Shown piece after piece: positions 1 through 8,649 of a DNA stretch of 64,000 bases. The notes below the pieces were generated by a model. It was not told the origin of the DNA. It did not search any database and saw only the letters and a list, made by a program, of their open reading frames with translations. Made by a program: the position numbers and the translations under genes. Origin of the DNA: an uncultured Acidobacteriota bacterium (lineage in GTDB: Bacteria > Acidobacteriota > Thermoanaerobaculia > UBA5066 > DATFVB01); assembly GCA_963714035.1 (NCBI GenBank), contig OY970224.1, positions 1,375,688 to 1,439,687 on the forward strand, read 5' to 3'. How positions within the stretch are numbered: position 1 is the stretch's first letter; the number at the start of each line of letters is the position of its first letter.

Positions 1-231
1 ATACGGGTCGCGGAACATCCGGAGCTGCAGGAACGCGTACTCGATCGTTTTCCACATCCGGGTCGGGATCCGGTCGAAGCGGTTCTCCGGTTTCCCGGCG
101 GTCAGGGCCTGGAACCGCCGCGACGCGGAGTAGGCGAAGACCAGGATCGCCGCAAGGACGAGGAACCCGAAGATCGCCGTTTCCGGAACGCCCATCCACG
201 TCCCGGCCGTCGGAGCGTCGAGGCTTTTCAT
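1..231 (-). CDS. Partial CDS (N-terminal 76 aa; gene continues beyond window start): membrane-anchored Fe-S oxidoreductase of HdrD/GlpC-like type (N-terminal NarI-like segment)
   Basis: ATG at 229-231 (rc). Translation MKSLDAPTAGTWMGVPETAIFGFLVLAAILVFAYSASRRFQALTAGKPENRFDRIPTRMWKTIEYAFLQLRMFRDPY has a TM helix followed by the ...LRMFRDP... motif recalled from N-termini of HdrD-like membrane Fe-S proteins. Family assignment is from memory. Confidence 0.4.
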   Translation of the reverse strand, partial: MKSLDAPTAGTWMGVPETAIFGFLVLAAILVFAYSASRRFQALTAGKPENRFDRIPTRMWKTIEYAFLQLRMFRDPY

Positions 232-317
232 GCGCGGCAATTTGACCACATCTCCGGGGGGCTCGCCGCCCGCGCCGGAGAAACCTTCCTTCCGCCGCGA
301 CGTACCTGCGAGACGAA

Positions 318-1247
318 GTGTCTGCTTCCGCCGCCGCCCGTTCGACCGCTCCGGCCCGCGACGTCGCCGGGATCTCGATCGACTGGCTGTTCGAGAGCCC
401 GACGATCCGGCTGACCCGGTGGTGCTGCCTCGTCCGCGAGCGGGGAGTCACTGCCGAGCGGCAGCAGTTCTGGCACGTGATGGGTTTTCCGCACGCGGGG
501 ACGTACGTCGTTCACAGCGAGGGCGACTCCGCCCTGATCGACGTGAACTCGGTCGCGTTCTTCAACCCGCTCGGCGTCTACCGGACCAGCCATCCGCAGG
601 GATTCGGCGATCGCGGCGCCGGTCTCGTCGTGCGGCCCGACGTCGTCGTCGACGCGCTCGCGGAAGCCGGTTTCGAGGCGCCGTCCGAAGAAGGAAAATT
701 TCCGTTCCTGCGCGGCGCGAGCTCCGCGTGCGCCTGCTGGCTCCTTCACCGGATCTCTTTCCGCGCGGCCGCGGGCGATCCGGTGGACCCGATCGAGATC
801 GAGGAACGCAGCCTCGCGGTCGTCGCCGAGACCGTGGCCGCCGCCGTTCCGTCGAACCGCGGGCCGCGGCGGGAACACCGGTCCGCCGCTCGCCGCCGCC
901 GCGAGTCGGTCGACGCCGCGAGGGGCTACCTGGCGCTCCGGTTCCGGGATCCCGTCCGGCTCTCCGACGTCGCGGCCGCGGCCGGCCTCTCCCCCTTCCA
1001 CACCTGCCGCGCTTTCCGAAAGGAAACCGGCGTCTCGGTGAACCGCTTCCTCCACCGTCTCCGGCTTCGGACGGCGCTCGACGTCCTGCCCGGCTACCGC
1101 GGCGACATCACGCGGCTCGCCCTGGACCTCGGGTATTCGAGCCACAGCCACTTCACGTACGCGTTCCGCCGGGAATTCGGAGCGCCGCCGTCCGCGGCCT
1201 GGGACCGATCCGCGCGCCCCGCCGCGCCCGCAGGATCCGGAAACTGA
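318..1247 (+). CDS. AraC family transcriptional regulator
   Basis: C-terminal dual HTH typical of AraC/XylS (LSDVAAAAGLSPFHTCRAFRKETGVSVNRFLHRLRLRTALDVL...LALDLGYSSHSHFTYAFRREFGAPP). GTG start at 318; divergent from the partial gene at 1-231. Confidence 0.8.
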   Translation: MSASAAARSTAPARDVAGISIDWLFESPTIRLTRWCCLVRERGVTAERQQFWHVMGFPHAGTYVVHSEGDSALIDVNSVAFFNPLGVYRTSHPQGFGDRGAGLVVRPDVVVDALAEAGFEAPSEEGKFPFLRGASSACACWLLHRISFRAAAGDPVDPIEIEERSLAVVAETVAAAVPSNRGPRREHRSAARRRRESVDAARGYLALRFRDPVRLSDVAAAAGLSPFHTCRAFRKETGVSVNRFLHRLRLRTALDVLPGYRGDITRLALDLGYSSHSHFTYAFRREFGAPPSAAWDRSARPAAPAGSGN

Positions 1248-1319
1248 CGCCTCGAAGCTTCCGGCTCGCGCGGGCAATCGCGTGATAGCCGCGGCCGGCG
1301 GGGTGCCGTAAAACAGCGG

Positions 1320-1895
1320 GTGAACGATCTGAAAGGAGATTCGATGCACCGGTGCGCCCCCCTCCGGCTTTCTCTCCTCGTCGCCGCCGCGCTCGCCGCT
1401 GCCCGCCCGGGCGGCGCGAGCCCCGCTCCCCCGCCGCCGCCATGCTCCGGTCCGGAGTGGAAGCAGCTCGATTTCTGGGTCGGCGAATGGCACGCGTCGT
1501 GGCCGGCTTCGCCGGACGGCCCGGCGGGCACGGGGACGAACCGGATCGAGAAGGTCCTCGACGGGTGCGTCGTGTCGGAGAACTTCGCGGCCGAAGGCGC
1601 CGCCCCTCTCGTGGGGAAGAGCTGGTCGACGTTCGACTCCCGAACGAAGGAGTGGCGCCAGACGTGGGTCGACAATCAGGCCGGGTACTTCGACTTCCTC
1701 GGCGACGTGTCGAGTCCGGACGAGAAGATCTTCGCCATGCACGCGACGGGAAAGGACGGCAGGTCTGTGGCGCTCCGGATGGTCTTCAAGAACATCGCGG
1801 CGGACACCTTCGACTGGAGCTGGGAGCGATCGAACGACGGCGGGAAGAGCTGGATGGTGCAATGGCCCATCCATTACTCGCGAAAAAAGTCGTGA
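1320..1895 (+). CDS. Secreted protein of unknown function (DUF1579-like), paralog 1
   Basis: Signal peptide (LRLSLLVAAALAAARPGGASPAPPPPP), conserved core QLDFWVGEW...CVVSENF...WRQTWVDNQ. Strongly similar to the next ORF. Confidence 0.7.
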   Translation: MNDLKGDSMHRCAPLRLSLLVAAALAAARPGGASPAPPPPPCSGPEWKQLDFWVGEWHASWPASPDGPAGTGTNRIEKVLDGCVVSENFAAEGAAPLVGKSWSTFDSRTKEWRQTWVDNQAGYFDFLGDVSSPDEKIFAMHATGKDGRSVALRMVFKNIAADTFDWSWERSNDGGKSWMVQWPIHYSRKKS

Positions 1896-2413
1896 TCCGC
1901 GGGGGCGCGGTCGTGCCGCTGCTCCTCGCCGCCGCGTTCGCGCCGCGGCCGGCCGGCGCCGACGCCCGATGCGCGGCACGGCCGGAGACGTCGCAGTTCG
2001 ACTTCTGGCTCGGCGAGTGGAACGTCGGCCCGACCACCGGCCAGCCCGACGACGGGACGCGCGCCTTCAGCCGCGAAGAGAAGATCATCGGCGGCTGCGT
2101 CCTCCTCGAGAACTACGAGGAGCCGGGAGGCTACAGCGGGAAGAGCCTCAATTTCTTCGACCCCGTCCGGGAGAAATGGCGGCAGATGTGGGTCGACAGC
2201 GGCGGGAACACGAGCGAGTTCGAAGGCTCGTTCACCGGCGGCGCGATGCGATTCGAAGGCGAGTCCCACACGGCATCGGGCAAGCGCGTCTTCCGCCGGC
2301 TGACCTTCACGCCGCTGTCTCCCGACTCCGTCCGGCAGCGATCCGAGGCTTCGCCCGACGGGAAGACGTGGAAGGTCAACTACGACTACACGTACACGAG
2401 ACGGAAGCGTTAG
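1862..2413 (+). CDS. Secreted protein of unknown function (DUF1579-like), paralog 2
   Basis: SQFDFWLGEWNV...CVLLENY...WRQMWVDSGGN parallels paralog 1 motif for motif. ATG 1862 overlaps paralog 1 by 34 nt. Alternative GTG start at 1892 (GTGA overlap with paralog 1 stop) gives a cleaner signal peptide. Confidence 0.65.
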   Translation: MAHPLLAKKVVIRGGAVVPLLLAAAFAPRPAGADARCAARPETSQFDFWLGEWNVGPTTGQPDDGTRAFSREEKIIGGCVLLENYEEPGGYSGKSLNFFDPVREKWRQMWVDSGGNTSEFEGSFTGGAMRFEGESHTASGKRVFRRLTFTPLSPDSVRQRSEASPDGKTWKVNYDYTYTRRKR

Positions 2414-2534
2414 CCCGGGGCCGGTTTCCGAGTCGCGATCCCGCTCTCCGGGAGCCGTGTGGCTCGTCGGCCAGGCCGGCGGTCGCGGCCGGCGCGACCC
2501 GAGGCGGCGCGCCCGATGGTGATGTAATCGCCGC

Positions 2535-3473
2535 ATGCGATTCGCAATTTTCGGCACCGGTGGCGTCGGCGGGTACTTCGGCGGGCGGCTCGCGGAGGCG
2601 GGAGAGGACGTCACGTTCGTCGCCCGCGGCGCCCACCTCGACGCGATCCGGACAAACGGCCTGACCGTCGAGAGCGTCGCCGGCGATTTTCGTGTATTAC
2701 CGGCGAAGGCGACGGACGATCCCGCGTCCATCGGGCCCGTCGACGCGGTGATCGTGTGCGTCAAGGCGTGGCAGGTGAAAGAAGCCGCCGCCGCGATGCG
2801 CCCGATCGTCGGCCCGGAAACGATCGTCGTTCCGCTCGAGAACGGCGTCGAGGCGCCCGATGAGCTCGCCGGGGTGCTCGGTCCGGGTCCCGTCCTCGGA
2901 GGACTGTGCAAGATCGTCGCGTACATCGGAGCTCCCGGGATCGTGCGGCACACGGGAGTCGCGCCGTCGCTCGCGTTCGGCGAACTGGTCGGAGCCGAGA
3001 GCGATCGCGTGCGCCGGCTCCGGGAGGTCATGCGCCGCGCGAAGGGAATGGCCGTCGAGGAACCGGCCGACATCCGGGTGGCGCTCTGGCAGAAATTCAT
3101 CTTCATCTCCGCGATGAGCGGCGTCGGCGCCGTGACGCGGGCGCCCGCCGGAGCGATCCGCTCGATTCCGGAGGCGCGGGGGCTGCTCGAGGCGGCGATG
3201 CGGGAGACCCAGGCGGTCGGGATCGGGCAGGGGGTGCGCATCCCCCCGCACACCGCCGACCGGACGCTCGACTTCTTCGACACGCTGCCGGAGGGCTCGA
3301 CGGCGTCGATGCAGCGGGACGTGATGGACGGGCGCCCCTCCGAGCTCGAGTACCAGACCGGCACGATCGTCCGTCTCGGGCGCGCGGCCGGTGTGCCGAC
3401 TCCGGTCAACGATTTCCTGTACGCAGCCCTCCTGCCGCAGGAGCGCGCGGCCAGGAGCCGGCGCGGACTCTAG
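2535..3473 (+). CDS. panE: 2-dehydropantoate 2-reductase (ketopantoate reductase)
   Basis: N-terminal Rossmann motif MRFAIFGTGGVGGYFGGRLA and the overall ApbA/PanE family pattern (…VCVKAWQ…, C-terminal domain). Confidence 0.85.
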   Translation: MRFAIFGTGGVGGYFGGRLAEAGEDVTFVARGAHLDAIRTNGLTVESVAGDFRVLPAKATDDPASIGPVDAVIVCVKAWQVKEAAAAMRPIVGPETIVVPLENGVEAPDELAGVLGPGPVLGGLCKIVAYIGAPGIVRHTGVAPSLAFGELVGAESDRVRRLREVMRRAKGMAVEEPADIRVALWQKFIFISAMSGVGAVTRAPAGAIRSIPEARGLLEAAMRETQAVGIGQGVRIPPHTADRTLDFFDTLPEGSTASMQRDVMDGRPSELEYQTGTIVRLGRAAGVPTPVNDFLYAALLPQERAARSRRGL

Positions 3474-3765
3474 CAGGCCGCTGAAAAACCGCACGGGTCG
3501 CGTTCGGAGCGCCGCCTCCCTCCGGCCGCGCCTCGGAGTGTCGTCACTCGCCCACCACCCCCGTCATCGCGAGCCGCGGCAAGCGGCGCGGCGATCTGCA
3601 AGGCTCGGGCCTGGGGATTGCTTCGCTTCCGCCGCCGCTCTTCGAGCTATGGCGGACAAGCCGCTCGCAATGACAGAGAAATGACCCTTGCAATGACGCA
3701 GAAAAGACGCTCGCCTCCTCGGACGAGACCATCTCGCCTCCGGAGAAGGAAGGCGCGGGCCTCCG

Positions 3766-6465
3766 CTACTTCTGGAGCTCCGAGGCCCAGTTGGTGGCCA
3801 GCGTGATCGACGAGCCCCGCAGCCCGCTGTCCGTCGGAACGACGAAAAGGAATCGGCTCCCGTCGGGGGAAACGTCGTACTGCCACTCGTCCGTCTGCGC
3901 GAGGGCCGGAAGCCGGAAGAGAGGCTTGACCGCTCCGACCTCGAACGACGGCGAGGAGGAGACCTCCGCCTCCATCATCCTGTTCGTCTCGTCGAGGTAG
4001 TAGATCGCGCGTCCGTCGCGCCGCCAGCGCGGCTCATATCCGCCACTGGAAGAGACCTGCCATTTTCCGCCGGCCTCCGGGAAGGACGCGACGTAGATCC
4101 TCGACAGGCCGGACTCGTAGGAGTTGTAGGCGAGCCACCGGCCGTCCGGCGAGAACCGGGCCACGGGATCCTTGATGCCCTCGTAGGGAAGCTGATACGG
4201 CGCGCCCCCGGGCGCCGTCGGCGCGACCCAGAGCTCGGTCCGGTTCACGGCGCCGCCGCCGGGAAACCGGCCGTACACGACGAATCGGCCGTCGCGCGTC
4301 CAATCCGTCGGAAATGCCTCGAGCGAAGCCACCACCTGGCGTTCCGGCTCCCGGCCGGAGATCGCCTTCCGGTAGAGGTCCCCGTCGTGGGTCCGATTCG
4401 ACGAGTAGAGAATTTCCGCGCCGTCGCCTGACCATACCGGAAAGCCGTTGGAGGTCGGGCCGAAGGTGAAAGCCGCAGGCGGCGCTCCCGGCACGGCGCC
4501 GAAAAGAACGATCTGAAAGGAGAGATCGAGCGGGTTCTGGAGCCCCACGGCGATCCTCTTGCCGTCCGGCGAAAGAGAAGGCTCCGAATAGATCGCCGGT
4601 TTTCCGAAGGTCTCGAGCCTTTGACCCGACCGGTCGAGCCAGGCGAGCTGCGTCGATCCCCCGCTGTCCCCTGCGAAATACGCGAGCAGGCCGTTACGCG
4701 ACACGGAGAACGCTCCGGCATAGCGCCCCCAGTCCCTCTGGACCGGGTTTGCGAGCGTCACGGGGTCGCCCCGGATCCGTCGCGTCGAGAGATCGAAGGG
4801 GGTCGCCTGGAGCGCGCTCCCCCGCATGGACAAGAGAAATCCCGGAGCGTATTCCGCCTGGGAGCTTGCGGTCAGCAGGAATTCGGCCGACATGTCGCCG
4901 AGCGTGCCGGCGAAGATGCCGTCCGACGGACCACGTCCGTGCAATCCCGAGGACCCCGCGAGGTAGATGAAGTGGCGGCCGTCCGGGAGGAATTCGGGAA
5001 ATCGGTGGGTCGCCTGGTGTTTGCTCGGATCGAGCTTCGTGGCCGGCGAGACCGCTCCGCCGGCCGCCGGAACGCGCGACAGGGGCCCGAAGACGTCCGA
5101 AGAGAAGAGGATGACGCCGTCCGCGCTCCACGTGCCTCCCCGGCCGTTGGGAGCGTCGGCGAGGATCTGCGGCGCCCCGCCTGCGAGCGCGATCTTCTGG
5201 AGCTTCCCGGAAGCGAAGAACCCCAGCCATTTCGAATCGGGAGACCAGAACGGATAGGAGGCCTGCTCGACGCCCGCCAGCGGATGCGCTTCGAGAGAAT
5301 CGAGCGAACGGACCCAGATCTGGAACTTGCCGTCGAGCGAGGCGACGAACACGATCGACTTTCCGTCCGGCGAGATCGCCGGCGGCCCGCTCGGGTCGTT
5401 GAAGAGCAGAAACTGAGCGTCCTGCGGCGCATTGAGAGACGCGCGAAGGACGGGGCTCGGCGCGCTCCCGGACCGGAATCGGAGGAGAAGAAGGAGCAAG
5501 GCGGCTGCCGCGGAGACCGCGAACCCGGCCCACGCGACCCGTTCCCGGCTCTTCCGGCGCGACACGACCGTCGCCGGAGCGCCCGCCTGCGACCCGGCCT
5601 CGGCGATCCACTGGAGCTCGCTCTTGACGTCGTGGGCGCTCTGCCAGCGGTCGTCCGGGTCCTTGGCGAGACAGGTCTTGACGACGCGATCCAGCGCCGG
5701 GGGCGTCATTGCCGCGATCGAGGAGATCGGAGGCGGGTCGCTCGCGAGAATTGCCGCGATCGTGCTCGCCCGGCTGTTTCCCGCAAACGCCTTCTTCCCG
5801 GTCGCCATTTCGTAAACGACGCAGCCGAGAGCAAAGATGTCGGCCCGGTGATCGGCTTCCTTGCCTTCGAGCTGCTCGGGTGACATGTACTGGAAGGTCC
5901 CCATGACGGTGCCCTTTTCCGTCAGCGGCTGATGGGCTTCCGTCGGAAGAGAAGTGAAGCCTTCTTCGCGCGCCGGCGCGAGGCTCTTGGCGAGGCCGAA
6001 GTCGAGGAGCTTCACGCCGGATCGGGTCAGCATGACGTTTCCGGGCTTCAAGTCCCGGTGGACGATCCCGCGCTTGTGCGCCTTCTCGAGCGCGTCCGCA
6101 ATCTCGACGCCGTTCTTCAGGACCTGGTCGAGCGGAAGGGCTCCCTTTTCGAGACGATCAGCCAGCGTCTGCCCCTCGAGGAGCTCCATGACGAGGTATT
6201 CGACGCCGTCCTGACTGCCGACGTCGTAGAGCGCGCAGATGTGCGGATGGGAGAGCTGCGAGATCGCCTTCGCCTCGCGTTCGAATCGCTGCCGGAGCTC
6301 GACGTTCTCCGACAGATGCGACGGGAGCACCTTGACCGCGACCTCCCGATCGAGCCGCGTGTCCTTCGCCTTGTAGACCTCTCCCATGCCTCCCGCGCCG
6401 ACGGCAGAGAGAATCTCGTAGGGGCCGAGCCGTGTTCCGGAAGCGAGGGGCATGTGTGCGCGCAA
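3766..6465 (-). CDS. Serine/threonine protein kinase with TM segment and C-terminal TolB-like (PD40/WD40) beta-propeller
   Basis: Hanks kinase motifs (GAGGMGEVYKA, VAVK, HRDLKPGNVML, DFGLAK, GTFQYMSPEQ), a hydrophobic TM stretch (AWAGFAVSAAAALLLLLL), then repeated WSPDG/SPDG propeller blades. Confidence 0.85.
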   Translation of the reverse strand: MRAHMPLASGTRLGPYEILSAVGAGGMGEVYKAKDTRLDREVAVKVLPSHLSENVELRQRFEREAKAISQLSHPHICALYDVGSQDGVEYLVMELLEGQTLADRLEKGALPLDQVLKNGVEIADALEKAHKRGIVHRDLKPGNVMLTRSGVKLLDFGLAKSLAPAREEGFTSLPTEAHQPLTEKGTVMGTFQYMSPEQLEGKEADHRADIFALGCVVYEMATGKKAFAGNSRASTIAAILASDPPPISSIAAMTPPALDRVVKTCLAKDPDDRWQSAHDVKSELQWIAEAGSQAGAPATVVSRRKSRERVAWAGFAVSAAAALLLLLLRFRSGSAPSPVLRASLNAPQDAQFLLFNDPSGPPAISPDGKSIVFVASLDGKFQIWVRSLDSLEAHPLAGVEQASYPFWSPDSKWLGFFASGKLQKIALAGGAPQILADAPNGRGGTWSADGVILFSSDVFGPLSRVPAAGGAVSPATKLDPSKHQATHRFPEFLPDGRHFIYLAGSSGLHGRGPSDGIFAGTLGDMSAEFLLTASSQAEYAPGFLLSMRGSALQATPFDLSTRRIRGDPVTLANPVQRDWGRYAGAFSVSRNGLLAYFAGDSGGSTQLAWLDRSGQRLETFGKPAIYSEPSLSPDGKRIAVGLQNPLDLSFQIVLFGAVPGAPPAAFTFGPTSNGFPVWSGDGAEILYSSNRTHDGDLYRKAISGREPERQVVASLEAFPTDWTRDGRFVVYGRFPGGGAVNRTELWVAPTAPGGAPYQLPYEGIKDPVARFSPDGRWLAYNSYESGLSRIYVASFPEAGGKWQVSSSGGYEPRWRRDGRAIYYLDETNRMMEAEVSSSPSFEVGAVKPLFRLPALAQTDEWQYDVSPDGSRFLFVVPTDSGLRGSSITLATNWASELQK

Positions 6466-6607
6466 TGATAGTGCAAGGTGCGCGGCACGACCTGTCGGTC
6501 AACGCGAGAGGCGACGAGACGCGGCGAGATCCATGAACGCCTCCGTCATGGCGAGGCCGCAGGCCGCCGCTATCACCAGAGTTCCGGGACTCCGGAGATC
6601 GCCCGCG

Positions 6608-8590
6608 TCAGAAGCCGAGCGTGCCGTTGACCCGCGCCATCTCCAGCTGCTGTTTCAGGAAGTCGCGCGGATAGGAGATCCGGATGTCTCGGATCTTCCC
6701 GCTCGCGTCCCGCACGGGAGCCAGATCCGAATAGATCCCCGTGGAGTAAGGGGCGATATCCAGGGTCTTGTACCGGGCGACGACCTCGTCGCGCAGCGCC
6801 GGGTCGAAATGGATCCCGTATTTCTGCACGAGGTTCTTGATGCCGTCATAGTCCCCTTCGGCCTTGATCCGCATGATCTCGGCAAGGAGCTTCCCGACGC
6901 CTTCGTGCGCCCTGTCGTAGTCCTTCACGACGATGTAGCTCTTTCCGTTCGTCCGCGTGCGCTCGAAGGCGCCGTCCTCGATCAGGTAGTTGACGATCAA
7001 GAGTCGGTTGCGATCGTGGTCTTCCTCGGCGTCGCTCCCGGTCGGATAGTGGTTCAGGGTCGTGAGACCCTGGCGAGCGAGGCGCCGATACATTTCCTCG
7101 GCGACGGCGCGAACGTTCTCGACGCCGACCTCCGCGAGCTTCGGGTCGAAAGCGTCCCAGTAGGCGACGAGGTCCGCCCGCGCCTCCTCGAGTGTCGAGA
7201 AGTACTCCTTCAGGTACGTCTCCGGCGGGTTCGGCACCGCGACCTTGCCCGAGCCGTGGCCGACGATCTCGTGAAGCGCCGTCTGGAGGTCGCCCGCGGT
7301 TTTCCCGTATTTCTCGAAGGCTTCCTTCTCCGACGGATCCGGCCAGAACTCGACGGCGCCTTTCGACCCCGACACGGCGGTGAACGCGTCGACCGAGGAC
7401 GAGAGAAAGATGCTCTTCGTGCCGTACTGCTCTCGAACGTCGGCCTCGTTCGGAAGGTTGTCGCCGACCGTCGTCACCCGGAAATCGCCGGTCGCGTGTA
7501 TGGTCTCGACCGCCCTTCCTTCCGGCGGCCTGATGTCGAGCTTCTTGTACTTTTCGAGCCACGGAGCTTTCTTCTCGAAATAGACGGCGTTCTCGGCGAG
7601 CTTCTTCATCAAGGGATCGAGCTTCGCGTCCGTCGTCGCGACGAGCATCTGCGAGGAACCCTTCATGCCGCGGGCGTCGCGATAGACCTCGATGAACCCC
7701 GACGCGAAATCGACCGGGGGATTGTTGCGAATCCACAGGACGTTGTAGTCGTGCCAGTCGCGCAGGTCGCCGGTCTGGTAGAAGCGCACGAGCGCGCGGA
7801 TCACGCGCGCCTGCGCAGGATCGGCGGCCGCCGCGGCTTTCTCGAGCGACCGATTCGCCGCGGCGAGCTCCCGGGCGTATCGGCCCGGCGGGACCTTCCC
7901 GTCCGGCGTTCCGGCCCGATAGACCTCCTCGACGAGCTTCCCGCCGATCTTCGTGAGGCGGGAATCGAGCGGATATCTCTCCCGAAAACCGGCCAGATCT
8001 CTTGTCGTGACGCCGCTGTAGTAGTTGTTCGCGGAGGCCGTGAGGATGTCCTCGCCGGCGGGAGGATTCTTGACCGTGATCGACGGCTGGTACGCGGGAT
8101 CGAAGAGCGGCCGCCGCAACCGCCGGAGAAGAGCCGCGAGCGACGCCCGGGTGCCGAGACGAGCCCCTTTCCGGCGCGCGGTCTCGGCGGCCTGCTCGAA
8201 CGGCTCGGCCGCGATCGCCGGAACGAACTTCCTGTTCGTCGTCTCGTTGTGGTTGCCGCCGTTGGCGAAGAAAAGCTTCGCGTAGGAAACGATGGACTCG
8301 CGGCTCTCTTCGGGCAGCCGCGAGGGGTCCTGAACCATCGCGCCGAGGAGGCGCTTCTCGTCGAGGCCGCATTCCGACATCTGGTCGTAGAAGATCGGGT
8401 CGAGCTGCGCCGCCGCCTGCGCGAGGCGAAAGGCGACGATCTTGTCTCGCAGAGAGAGCTGCGGAAAGCTCGGCGACTCGATTTGGATGAACGCGCGGTC
8501 GCCGATGCGCTCGACCTGCGGTCCCGGGGACGCCGCCGAGGCCGGCGCGGCGGCCAGAAGAATCGCTCCGGCAAGCGACATCGTTCTCAT
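6608..8590 (-). CDS. Secreted dipeptidyl-peptidase III-like metallopeptidase (M49 family)
   Basis: Signal peptide MRTMSLAGAILLAAAPASAA; M49 zinc motifs HEIVGH (HExxGH) and EEARAD (EExRAE/D). Confidence 0.8.
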   Translation of the reverse strand: MRTMSLAGAILLAAAPASAASPGPQVERIGDRAFIQIESPSFPQLSLRDKIVAFRLAQAAAQLDPIFYDQMSECGLDEKRLLGAMVQDPSRLPEESRESIVSYAKLFFANGGNHNETTNRKFVPAIAAEPFEQAAETARRKGARLGTRASLAALLRRLRRPLFDPAYQPSITVKNPPAGEDILTASANNYYSGVTTRDLAGFRERYPLDSRLTKIGGKLVEEVYRAGTPDGKVPPGRYARELAAANRSLEKAAAAADPAQARVIRALVRFYQTGDLRDWHDYNVLWIRNNPPVDFASGFIEVYRDARGMKGSSQMLVATTDAKLDPLMKKLAENAVYFEKKAPWLEKYKKLDIRPPEGRAVETIHATGDFRVTTVGDNLPNEADVREQYGTKSIFLSSSVDAFTAVSGSKGAVEFWPDPSEKEAFEKYGKTAGDLQTALHEIVGHGSGKVAVPNPPETYLKEYFSTLEEARADLVAYWDAFDPKLAEVGVENVRAVAEEMYRRLARQGLTTLNHYPTGSDAEEDHDRNRLLIVNYLIEDGAFERTRTNGKSYIVVKDYDRAHEGVGKLLAEIMRIKAEGDYDGIKNLVQKYGIHFDPALRDEVVARYKTLDIAPYSTGIYSDLAPVRDASGKIRDIRISYPRDFLKQQLEMARVNGTLGF

Positions 8591-8649
8591 CTGTTTCTCC
8601 CCGGCAGGGCCGGACGGGGCTCCGCCGATCCCGATGCTACCCTTTCGCC

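Noticed and set aside
228-1979. 583-aa minus-strand ORF overlapping the AraC gene and first DUF1579-like gene
   Set aside because: Arg/Pro/Gly-rich translation typical of antisense reading of high-GC coding DNA. It overlaps two well-supported plus-strand genes. Only its last ~76 codons (1-231, different frame) look like a real N-terminus.
1874-3409. 511-aa minus-strand ORF antisense to DUF1579-like paralog 2 and panE
   Set aside because: Low-complexity (S/T/A/P/R) product, no motifs, fully antisense to genes with clear family signatures.
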